Shown here: piece by piece, positions 37,536 to 45,710 of the stretch
Numbering within the stretch: the first letter of the stretch is position 1
Layout of the letters: every line of letters begins with the position of its first letter
The notes under the pieces: generated by a model
Told to the model about the DNA's origin: nothing
Database searches by the model: none
Seen by the model: only the letters and a program-made list of their open reading frames with translations
Translations under genes and position numbers: made by a program
IMG/VR virus record: IMGVR_UViG_3300029286_000020
Location: 27,549 to 91,548 of that record
Source of the DNA: a virus
DNA length: 64,000 bases
Strand: one strand, 5' to 3'

Positions 37536-38891
37536 TCACTCCCACCCTTTCGTTTTGTAGAGGCGATCTCGGTAGGTCGCCGACTTGACGCACAAGTTGA
37601 CCTTCGGGTCGATGATGTCCACCACGATGGGGTCTTTCTTCCCGTCGATGGGGCGAAGGATGCGACCCACCGCCTGCTCAACATCCGAAAACGGCGTGGT
37701 CAAGAAGATCGAATCGAGCATGGGGATGTCGAGCCCCTCTTCGGCAAACTGGCGAGTCGCGAAGATGACCTGCGCCTCTGCAGCCGTCTCCAGTTCCTCC
37801 TCCTTCATGCCGCCGACGTAGAAGCCGGTTGTCGGCACAGGTGTCGACTGCCCCGTCTTCCACAGCTGCTTGAACATCGCCTCCAGCGTGTCGAGGTGAT
37901 TGAGGCGTTCTGAGAGGACGATGGGCTTCCGGCCTGCGACCACTGCGAGGACGATCTGCTCGGCGATCATCTTGTTTCGCGCCGCGTTGCTGCACATGAA
38001 CTTGAGGAGGACGTTCTTCGAGATGACATCAGGATTGAGGGTCGGGGTCTGGATGAGCTTGAAGTCCGTCCACACGCGCCGCACCTTTGGCTTCATGCGC
38101 TGCTCGGCAGAGGTGAAGATCACCGGACCGATCTGCTTCAGGAAGACCTCTTCCGCCCCGTCCTTGCGGCGAGGGGTTGCGCTCACGCCCAAGCGCCAGC
38201 GGGCGCGGAACCGGGTGTGCGCGCGCGACCAAGACTCTGCCGCCGTCCGATGGCACTCGTCGGTGATGACCAGCCCCGGCCAGTCCCAGAAGTCCTCGCC
38301 GTAGTCACGGTCGCCCACCAAGCTGTGAACCATCGCGATGGCAACGGAGTAGCCCTTGAACTCACTTCGGTCCTGCTGAACGATCCCGATCTTCGCTCCG
38401 GGGAGAAACTGAGCGATGCGGTCGCGCCACTGATTCAGCAGAAACTCTTTGTGGACGATCACCAGAGTCGGGCAGTTCATTCGAGCCATCGCCGCGCACG
38501 CGAAGACAGTCTTCCCCCATCCGGTGGTCGCTCGGATGATGCCTCCACCGAAGCCGTTCCCAAAGGCAGCGGACATCTTGTCGATCGCCTCCTGCTGAGT
38601 CGGTCGAAGAGAACCGGCGAACGTGAAGGGGCCGTCCCACAAGTCTTGGCGACCCGTCGTCGTCATGTCGACGATCTCATGGTGTTCCTTACGGTTCTCC
38701 ATGAAGTAGGAACGGGGAATCCCAATGAAGTCGGGCTTCTCAACGTAGAGCGGGATAGGGGCAGGAGGTGGGCCCGGATACCCGGGGAAAGCGCGAGGAG
38801 TGACGGTGAGCGTGGCCTTGAGTGCGCTTCGCTGCATGTGTGTCAGCTCTGCCAACGGAATCCACGCGTGCGTGTCCACGACGATCTTCAT
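37536..38891 (-). CDS. SF2 DExH helicase (UvsW/XPB-like)
   Basis: LRPTQ, TGWGKT, DECH, SATP.R.DG, EGLDIP, QAVGRILR. Confidence 0.92.
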   Translation of the reverse strand: MKIVVDTHAWIPLAELTHMQRSALKATLTVTPRAFPGYPGPPPAPIPLYVEKPDFIGIPRSYFMENRKEHHEIVDMTTTGRQDLWDGPFTFAGSLRPTQQEAIDKMSAAFGNGFGGGIIRATTGWGKTVFACAAMARMNCPTLVIVHKEFLLNQWRDRIAQFLPGAKIGIVQQDRSEFKGYSVAIAMVHSLVGDRDYGEDFWDWPGLVITDECHRTAAESWSRAHTRFRARWRLGVSATPRRKDGAEEVFLKQIGPVIFTSAEQRMKPKVRRVWTDFKLIQTPTLNPDVISKNVLLKFMCSNAARNKMIAEQIVLAVVAGRKPIVLSERLNHLDTLEAMFKQLWKTGQSTPVPTTGFYVGGMKEEELETAAEAQVIFATRQFAEEGLDIPMLDSIFLTTPFSDVEQAVGRILRPIDGKKDPIVVDIIDPKVNLCVKSATYRDRLYKTKGWE

Positions 38892-39127
38892 TTTAGGCGC
38901 CCTGCCTGAAAGTTGTGCAACGCCCGCAAGGAATGCTGGGCAGATGAGGTCCGTGCATTGTGTAACTCGCACTCGCGACGGACAGTTGCGTACCAATCCA
39001 CTGGAGGAAGGTCGGTCGGTACGCGGGTCATCCACGAGATTGGGATGCGCAAGTAGCCCTCAGAAAACTGAACGAGGACATCCATCTTGTTCAGTCCGCG
39101 ATGGAGGCGGACAGCCAAAACACGCAT
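38888..39127 (-). CDS. Small hypothetical protein
   Basis: MRVLAVRLHRG...; stop overlaps the helicase ATG. Confidence 0.45.
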   Translation of the reverse strand: MRVLAVRLHRGLNKMDVLVQFSEGYLRIPISWMTRVPTDLPPVDWYATVRRECELHNARTSSAQHSLRALHNFQAGRLK

Positions 39128-39141
39128 GGCAGCACCCTGTG

Positions 39142-39179
39142 AAAAAGCCCGTGCGCAGCAGAAATTGCTGCACACGAGC
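39142..39179 (-). terminator. Intrinsic terminator
   Basis: GCTCGTGTGCAGCA-ATTTC-TGCTGCGCACGGGC-TTTTT on the minus strand. Confidence 0.8.
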
Positions 39180-39198
39180 CATGCTCAGACGCAGCGCG

Positions 39199-40005
39199 TC
39201 AGAACGGAATTTCGTCGTCGACAGCTGCTGTTGAACCCTTGCCACTGTCAAAGTCGCGGGTGTTCTCAGAGGCGTCAAAGCCTCCCAACAGATCCTTGAC
39301 CTCCTTCGGGGTCTTCGGGGCGTAGATCGCGTCGTAGCGGAAGGGGACAAGCTTCCGGACGATCTTCCCGTCGGCGCCCTTGCTGATGGCGAACACGCGC
39401 GAGAGCTTGGCAAACGCCTCTGCGCTCTCGTCAGCAGCGGTGTAGAGGTCGGCCAGCTTCTTTCCCTTGTAGGTCACGAGGTCAAACAGCTTCGTCATGT
39501 CGACGTCGCGCGTGTACTCGTAGTCGTCTCCGACTGCAGGACTCTTGTCGGTCTCGCGGGTGACCTTGTAGAGCCGCCCGATGAGCGACTTCCCGTCTTT
39601 CGCCAAGTCCTGCATCTTGCGGTCGAGCTTCTGCGAAGTCTTGAACTTCGCAGGCAGCACCTTGATCTCGTACTGGCGGACGGTGCCCTTTTTGTCGGTC
39701 CACTTCGAGGTGTCGACAATCGTCAGCATCGAGACGCGGTAGCGCGAGTCCTTTCCTGCAACTTGGCAGCAGGCAGGCTCGCCATCTTCGGTCACCGGCG
39801 CGAGGCAAGTGATCCAGTTCTTCCAGTTCCCGTTGAGCTTCAGGTTGTGCTCGTCAAAGGTGAACGGTGCGTCGTCAACAAAGACGAAGTCGCGAGAGTC
39901 CTTGGCAGGCATCCAGACCCGGTCCGGTTCCCACGTGAACATGTCGCTCTTGCCGCCGCCGCTGTCCTTCGAGAAACCTGTCGAGTACCAACTCTTTCCA
40001 GCCAT
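39199..40005 (-). CDS. Phage ssDNA-binding protein (gp32-like) with SSB-type tail
   Basis: His/Cys metal-site residues, aromatic beta strands, C-terminus DDEIPF; adjacent to primase. Confidence 0.65.
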   Translation of the reverse strand: MAGKSWYSTGFSKDSGGGKSDMFTWEPDRVWMPAKDSRDFVFVDDAPFTFDEHNLKLNGNWKNWITCLAPVTEDGEPACCQVAGKDSRYRVSMLTIVDTSKWTDKKGTVRQYEIKVLPAKFKTSQKLDRKMQDLAKDGKSLIGRLYKVTRETDKSPAVGDDYEYTRDVDMTKLFDLVTYKGKKLADLYTAADESAEAFAKLSRVFAISKGADGKIVRKLVPFRYDAIYAPKTPKEVKDLLGGFDASENTRDFDSGKGSTAAVDDEIPF

Positions 40006-40101
40006 TGTTTTTCCTTCGGCTTCCGTCTGGGAAGCACTTGCTGTTGTCCCTTGGTTGATGTGCTTGTCGGGACGTCCAAGCACCCAAGATGTAACAGGGT
40101 C

Positions 40102-41160
40102 TCAGTGAGTTCCAACGGCGTTCGGTGATCCAAGGGTCTCAGCCAACTCCAGAGCCGAGAGTTCGTCCGGGTCGCGGTTCATCGGGATCTTTGCGATGCG
40201 CGTGGGGATGCGCGTGAGCAGGACGTCCTTCATCCGGTCCGCTGCTTCAAGCCCGGGGGTGTCGCCGTCGGGGAGGATCACGATGTTCTTGAAGAAGCGA
40301 ACGAGCTTCTCGATCTGGATGCGGCTGACGTGCGTCCCCATGATGGCGACGCCTTGGTAGCCGTGCTGCCAGAGGTGGATCGCATCGAAGAATCCCTCGA
40401 CGATGACGCCGGTTCCCTCGCCGCCCTCCTTCAGTCGGACCTCTCCGTAGAGGTAGCGGTCGCGCTGGAAGCCGAAAGAATGCAAAAACTTTCGTTTGCT
40501 TTCCCCCTCAAGTGAACGACCTGAGATTCCAACAAGTCTTTTTTTGCAGTCGCGGATGGGGATGGCGATTCGACGGGCCGTGCGGTGCCAGCGGAACTCC
40601 CAATCAGCAATGGACTTCTCATCGAGCCCTCGGCCCTTGAGGTAGTCGAACGACTCGCCGTCAAGAGGGTCGAAGGCCAGCAAGTCATCCTCTGCCAAGA
40701 CAGTCTCCGGCACGTCGTAGGCGTAGCCAAGCGCAGCCTGTGCGGTCTTCGCGGAGAGCCGGATGCCGCCCACGTCCATCGGCCCGGTTGGGCGACGTTC
40801 GGCCCTCTCAAGCGCAGCCTTCAGGATGTCGGTTGACGACATCGAGTCACGGTCCTTCGCCAGAACCCACTGGAATATCTCCGAGAACGCAGCGGTGTCG
40901 TGGCCCCCGGTGGTCATCAGGGACCGCAGCCGGGTCAGCAACTCAAGGACGGAGCCCTTCGCGTTGCAGGTGAAGCAGCGGTAGTGGCTGGGCCCGTCGT
41001 CAATACGGATGCCGAAGGAGGAACTCTTGTCTTCGCGCGTCTTGTGCAGCTTCGTAAATGGAGCGAACGGGCATGACGCGTTCACCCATCCAGACATGTT
41101 CTGTCGGATGCGGTTGCACCCAATCTTATCCAAGAGGTAGGTGATGTCCTCGGCTTGCAT
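40102..41160 (-). CDS. DNA primase (Zn finger plus TOPRIM)
   Basis: CPF...H...CFTC; VEGFFDA; PDGDTPG; DPDEL. Confidence 0.9.
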   Translation of the reverse strand: MQAEDITYLLDKIGCNRIRQNMSGWVNASCPFAPFTKLHKTREDKSSSFGIRIDDGPSHYRCFTCNAKGSVLELLTRLRSLMTTGGHDTAAFSEIFQWVLAKDRDSMSSTDILKAALERAERRPTGPMDVGGIRLSAKTAQAALGYAYDVPETVLAEDDLLAFDPLDGESFDYLKGRGLDEKSIADWEFRWHRTARRIAIPIRDCKKRLVGISGRSLEGESKRKFLHSFGFQRDRYLYGEVRLKEGGEGTGVIVEGFFDAIHLWQHGYQGVAIMGTHVSRIQIEKLVRFFKNIVILPDGDTPGLEAADRMKDVLLTRIPTRIAKIPMNRDPDELSALELAETLGSPNAVGTH

Positions 41161-41180
41161 GCCACCCCCTGTAACACCGA

Positions 41181-41576
41181 TCAGGTGATGTCGATGACCG
41201 ACTTGTTGACGCGCTTTCGTTCTTCAACAAGCAGCTGAACGTAGAATTTGTCGAACCGCTTAGTTTTCGTGGCGCCGCCTGGCTCGCGGCGGTGAACGGA
41301 GTCCCGCTCACGCCCGTAGGAGGTGAGCGAGATGGCTTCTCGGCTGCTCGACTCAGAGACCATACGGTACTTCTTGAGCTGGGCGAGGGCGATGTCCATC
41401 GCGGCGTTGAACTTGGTCGGGTCGAAGTTGTCTGTGTTCGGTGACGACTTCACAGGAACCTTGTTCCTACTGTTTGCAGGGCGCGCGCGAGGCAAGTCCG
41501 CGCGCAAGAAAATGGCAAGAACCATGTGCTTGAAGAGGAAAGGGTAATCCGGAACCTTGAAGCCGTCTTCAGCCAC
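41181..41576 (-). CDS. Hypothetical basic protein
   Basis: 131-aa ORF with SD GGAGG between helicase and primase. Confidence 0.55.
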   Translation of the reverse strand: MAEDGFKVPDYPFLFKHMVLAIFLRADLPRARPANSRNKVPVKSSPNTDNFDPTKFNAAMDIALAQLKKYRMVSESSSREAISLTSYGRERDSVHRREPGGATKTKRFDKFYVQLLVEERKRVNKSVIDIT

Positions 41577-41585
41577 ACCAACCTC

Positions 41586-42887
41586 CTAGAACAGGTCGCC
41601 GATAGGGTCGTCAGCAGCCGCGTCAGGCCCGCTCGGAACGCCAGATGGGGCGAACGCGGGGGAACCGCCGAAGTTCGCCTTCGGAATCTCAGAGAAGTCC
41701 ATACGCTCGAAGTCCCAGTTGCACTCGATCTCCTCGCTCTCGCCCTCGCGCACCTTCAGCGGCTTGAAAGCCATGCGGCGGTTCTTCTTCATCTCCTCGG
41801 TCTGGATGAGGCCGAAGATGAGGTCAGCGTTCCAGCCTGCCACGTCCGTCATCGCGATGCTGTCCGCCTGCACCGTCTTGGCTTGGTTGACCTTCACCTC
41901 GCGGTTGAACTGCATGGTCGCAACCACCGCTGCCTTGCTGCGCTTGGCAATGCGTTTCAGCTCGTCGAAGACGTTGGCAGCTCGCTCGGTCCGGGTGAGC
42001 CCGTGGACCTTCAGCAGGTACGCGCCGTCGACGATCACGAGGTCCGGCTTCTCATCCATCACGATGCCTGCGAACGAGTCCATGCTGAAGTCGAAGTCGC
42101 CGCCGACGATGTTCAGGTTGGGGCTGTTCTCGATCGCTTTGATGCCGTCGCGGATGCGCTTCTCCGTGAACGAGTCGAGCTTGCCGCGTCTGAAGTCGCC
42201 GTAAGGGATCCTGAACTTCGTGGCGAGGTAGCGCATCGCCATCGTTTCCTTCGACATTTCTGTCGTCGCGATGAGCACCTTCTTGCCCTGATCCCATGCC
42301 GTCCCCGCGAGGAGGATCGCCGACCACGTCTTGCCGATACCCATGCGGGCCACGAACAGGACAAGGTCTTCCGGCCAGAGCCCCAGCGTCGAGTCGTTGA
42401 TGGTCGGCCACGGGGTCTGGATGCCGCGTTCGCCTCGCTTGATCTTCTCGTAGTACTCGATGACCTTCCCACCCAAGCCGGGGATGCTCTCAACGAGAGC
42501 CGTCCGGGTGTCGAGCTTGCGCATCTCGCGCAGCAGGTCTTCGACAGCAGCCTGACCCTTCGCAGGCTCCCCCAAGTCGAGGAGGTTGATGAGGTGCTTC
42601 ACCCCACCGTGCAGAGTGGTGTGCAGCTTCCGGTCGTAGGCAGCGTTGATCAGGTACGGGAGCGGATCGGTCGTCGGGGCAGGAACGAGCACCCCGGTCT
42701 CTCGCTCGACCAGCGAAGCCGACGGGACGTCGTCGTAGGTCTTGTAGAACGCTGTGGCGAAGTCGTAGACGACCTTGCCATCCCCTTCGAGGAGGTCAGC
42801 TCGGAAGCCCTTCTCAGCAAGAAGACGGATGCTCTGCTTGCCTCCAGCGAGGACTGCGGAGACTAGCGACAGGTCGAGATCGGCCAC
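41586..42887 (-). CDS. dnaB: DnaB-like replicative helicase
   Basis: ARMGIGKT, TEMS, IVDGAYL, QFNRE, ADL, KVREG. Confidence 0.92.
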   Translation of the reverse strand: MADLDLSLVSAVLAGGKQSIRLLAEKGFRADLLEGDGKVVYDFATAFYKTYDDVPSASLVERETGVLVPAPTTDPLPYLINAAYDRKLHTTLHGGVKHLINLLDLGEPAKGQAAVEDLLREMRKLDTRTALVESIPGLGGKVIEYYEKIKRGERGIQTPWPTINDSTLGLWPEDLVLFVARMGIGKTWSAILLAGTAWDQGKKVLIATTEMSKETMAMRYLATKFRIPYGDFRRGKLDSFTEKRIRDGIKAIENSPNLNIVGGDFDFSMDSFAGIVMDEKPDLVIVDGAYLLKVHGLTRTERAANVFDELKRIAKRSKAAVVATMQFNREVKVNQAKTVQADSIAMTDVAGWNADLIFGLIQTEEMKKNRRMAFKPLKVREGESEEIECNWDFERMDFSEIPKANFGGSPAFAPSGVPSGPDAAADDPIGDLF

Positions 42888-43514
42888 TCAGCCCCCAAGG
42901 TCTTTTCGGAGTTGCAACGACGCTTCATCTTGCCGCTCGGCTCCTTCACAGGAGACCGCGTGGAAGGTTCCGCGCATGGAATGAAGGATCGACGGGTAGT
43001 CGATTGAAAAGTCTTCTGGTCCGAGTCTGGTAGAGAGCACCGTGGTCTTCCCACGCGCAGACCGGCTTTTCAGTAGATGCTCCACGTCGCTGATGCCGAA
43101 CGTGAAGTTGCGAAAGTCGTCTGCTGCAAGGTCGTCGATGACGAGGATGTCGACCGTGCGTACACGAGACATGATGGACTCTGACGAGTCAAAGTCTTCG
43201 TTCTCTTTGAGGGACTGCCGAAGCTCTTTCACTGTCGTGTAGTAACCGACGTGGCCGTGTTCCCAACCGGCTTTGAGGATCACGATGCCACCGCAGGTCT
43301 TGCCCGATCCTGCGGGGCCAAAGATCCAGAAGCCCACCCCTCGGCGAAGCATCGAATGGATGTTGGCGACGTAGCGGTGAATCGGACGCTTCAGTTCCAG
43401 AGTCAGCTTCTGGTAGATCGAACCCCACAGGCGTTCAGGTACGTTCATGCGACGCAGGGCCCACTCGTCGCACACCATCAGCGGAGGCTGGGGAGGTGCC
43501 GGGGGAGCCATCAT
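42888..43514 (-). CDS. DnaC/IstB-like ATPase (helicase loader)
   Basis: GPAGSGKT, LVIDDL, R...KTTVLST; between initiator and DnaB. Confidence 0.8.
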   Translation of the reverse strand: MMAPPAPPQPPLMVCDEWALRRMNVPERLWGSIYQKLTLELKRPIHRYVANIHSMLRRGVGFWIFGPAGSGKTCGGIVILKAGWEHGHVGYYTTVKELRQSLKENEDFDSSESIMSRVRTVDILVIDDLAADDFRNFTFGISDVEHLLKSRSARGKTTVLSTRLGPEDFSIDYPSILHSMRGTFHAVSCEGAERQDEASLQLRKDLGG

Positions 43515-45559
43515 TTCTTGACACCCGCCTTCGTCGCCCGATGAGCCGCAAGCAGCTCGGGAGGAGGAACCGCAAACGGATCGTGTTTGACCGTCGCCAG
43601 CCACTCCGCGTACTCGGTTTTGTTCATCGGGGTTTTGATGAGGCGTCGCAGTTCAGCGAAGACCGAGGCGTGGCATGCGTAGAGCAGGCCGATGGTCGGG
43701 ACGCCGTCGCGGGTCTTCGTCAAAAGCGGACCGAACTTGTCCCAGTGGGTCACGAACCCTCGCACAAGGTGCTCCACCGTGGCCTCGTCACCACCGTAGC
43801 CTTCGAGTAGGTCCGTGATCAGCTTCCCCTCTTTGCGCGCAAGGAGCTTCCCACCTTCGCGCTTGAACCACGTGATCTGCGGCACGTCAGGGAAGGCCGC
43901 ACCCATCTCCTCGCGCCACGCCAGCTCGATGCGCTGCGCTGCGGGCTTCTGGCTTCGGTACGGGGCATCGCTGGTCAAGTTGGCCTTCTTGCGCTCCTTG
44001 GTCCGCTGCTTCTGAAATTTTGCCTCCACCGCAGCCCGGCTCCGCTGCTTGGCCTGCTCCACCACCGCCATCACCGCAGAGAGGTCAGGGGGGACAGCCG
44101 GAAGGGCCTCTCCAGCCCCGGGAACGGCCTCGGGAGCCGCGCTAGGGGTACCGGTAGGGGGTTGGGTCGGGTCTGAGGCTCTGGTGCGGTTTGGGAGCGT
44201 CACGCGGGGTTCCTCGTTTCGGGGTGGGTCCTCCGAGCCTGTAACCGAGGTTCCCAAGTTTTCCGCTGACAGCCGTGGACTCGGCTCGACGGGGGAAAGG
44301 GGGGCGAGCGGAACTGGGGGTTTGGGGGTCGGCTCCGGCTCCGGCTCCGGAAACGAGTTCAACAACGAGTTCGAGTTCAGCAGCGGAAACGAGTTGAGCG
44401 GCGAAGCTGAGAATCCTGAATCGAGACTGCGACCAAGGCAGACGAAGGCTGCCGAAGGTTCGCTGCCTGAACCGAAGGGAGAAAGGATCAAATACGAAGT
44501 ATTTGAGCCTTTCCCCGTAGGGGAAGGCATTCTATGTCCACTATGTATGTACGGATTTTCAGCCGTCGTAACTCCCTGAAAACTCGGCTGAAAGTCGATG
44601 TCGTACCCCGTTTCTGATGTTCTCTCAGGGGACATCTGATGTTCCCTGAGGGGACATCGCAACTCGGCGATGTCGCTTTCCGACCCTCGATAATTCAGGG
44701 ACTTAGCCGATGCGCTTTCGACGGTTTCGGTCTCTTTTCGCTCGCCGGGGACATCGAGCGCTTGCGGACATCTGATGTTACCGGAAAAATTCCAGACTGC
44801 TGCGTTTTCAAGGGGTTGCCGCAGATTGAGTTGGATACCGTCGGTCTTCCCGGGAACATCGCACGCTTCTGAGTCGGTCAGAGGCGGGTGGAACCAGAAC
44901 GGGACATCGAGCCTTTCAACGGGTGGGAGGACGCTCTTGGAGAGCGCGCGCTGAGGCTTCGACTGCTTGAGTTTGGGACCGGCTGTCGGCTTGAGGTGGA
45001 CGACCGGCATCACGTACCCGGTGGGGAGAGCCCCCGCCTTGTTCAAGACATCGGCTGCCGTCGCATGCTGGTTGGCCGGGGAAAGCTTGCGGTAGGACGT
45101 TCCCCAGCAAGCCTTGGCGTGGTCGTTGGCTTTCTCGTACCAGCTTTGCTGCACTGCGTCAGCGTAGACGGCTTCGGCCCATGTCGACCCTTGCGGGCGT
45201 CTGATGCCCAGCTCGTAGATTTTGTCACGCCCGGTTCGCCCTCCCATCACGATCCAGCCGAGGTTGGCCAGTTTTCGGAGCTGCTGGTTCACGCGGGGGC
45301 GCGAGACGCCTGAGACTTCCGCCAGCTGGGACTGGCTGACCTTGGCTGAGAGGAAGCCGAGCACGGTCCGCTCGCAAAGGTCGTCGGGACCATATGTTTC
45401 CTGTCGCCAGACGAAGGCACGTAGCGCGTCGTAGACGGCGAGCGTCTGCAGACCCAGCAGGGATGGTAGGTGAAGTCGATGGCGAAGGTGGAGGACTTGG
45501 TCGAAGCCGGTCGGAACTACTGCGCTGCTGGAAGTCTGTGCGCGCGCCTGCTTCGCCAT
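43511..45559 (-). CDS. Putative replication initiator (N-terminal winged HTH, long disordered middle)
   Basis: VSQSQLAEVSGVSRPRVNQQLRKLANLGWI HTH; gene order initiator-loader-DnaB-primase; internal iteron-like repeats. Confidence 0.65.
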   Translation of the reverse strand: MAKQARAQTSSSAVVPTGFDQVLHLRHRLHLPSLLGLQTLAVYDALRAFVWRQETYGPDDLCERTVLGFLSAKVSQSQLAEVSGVSRPRVNQQLRKLANLGWIVMGGRTGRDKIYELGIRRPQGSTWAEAVYADAVQQSWYEKANDHAKACWGTSYRKLSPANQHATAADVLNKAGALPTGYVMPVVHLKPTAGPKLKQSKPQRALSKSVLPPVERLDVPFWFHPPLTDSEACDVPGKTDGIQLNLRQPLENAAVWNFSGNIRCPQALDVPGERKETETVESASAKSLNYRGSESDIAELRCPLREHQMSPERTSETGYDIDFQPSFQGVTTAENPYIHSGHRMPSPTGKGSNTSYLILSPFGSGSEPSAAFVCLGRSLDSGFSASPLNSFPLLNSNSLLNSFPEPEPEPTPKPPVPLAPLSPVEPSPRLSAENLGTSVTGSEDPPRNEEPRVTLPNRTRASDPTQPPTGTPSAAPEAVPGAGEALPAVPPDLSAVMAVVEQAKQRSRAAVEAKFQKQRTKERKKANLTSDAPYRSQKPAAQRIELAWREEMGAAFPDVPQITWFKREGGKLLARKEGKLITDLLEGYGGDEATVEHLVRGFVTHWDKFGPLLTKTRDGVPTIGLLYACHASVFAELRRLIKTPMNKTEYAEWLATVKHDPFAVPPPELLAAHRATKAGVKK
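44597..44908. repeat. Iteron-like cluster (GGGACATC/GATGT half-sites), candidate replication origin
   Basis: Tandem 22-mers TGATGTTCTCTCAGGGGACATC (44615-44636) and TGATGTTCCCTGAGGGGACATC (44637-44658), plus half-sites near 44747, 44766, 44852 and 44901. Confidence 0.7.
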
Positions 45560-45656
45560 GAGTGCTCCAGAGTGATCCCGCTTCGGTCAGCGGGGGCCAA
45601 TTCCTGCCGGATGTCCCGAAGGCACGCAAACAGATTCGGCGTGCCTCGCTGTTGAC

Positions 45657-45687
45657 AAAAAACGGCGCCTCAAAGAGCGCCGCTTTT
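45657..45687 (-). terminator. Intrinsic terminator after the vWA gene
   Basis: CGGCGC-TCTTTGAG-GCGCCG-TTTTTT on the minus strand. Confidence 0.7.
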
Positions 45688-45710
45688 CTAAGAACTTGTG
45701 AGACGAATTC

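Noticed and set aside
44325-44400. Short repeats (ggctcc x3, aacgagtt x3) inside the initiator gene
   Set aside because: Explained by low-complexity peptide repeats (PEPEPEP, LNSFP/LLNS); not counted as iterons.
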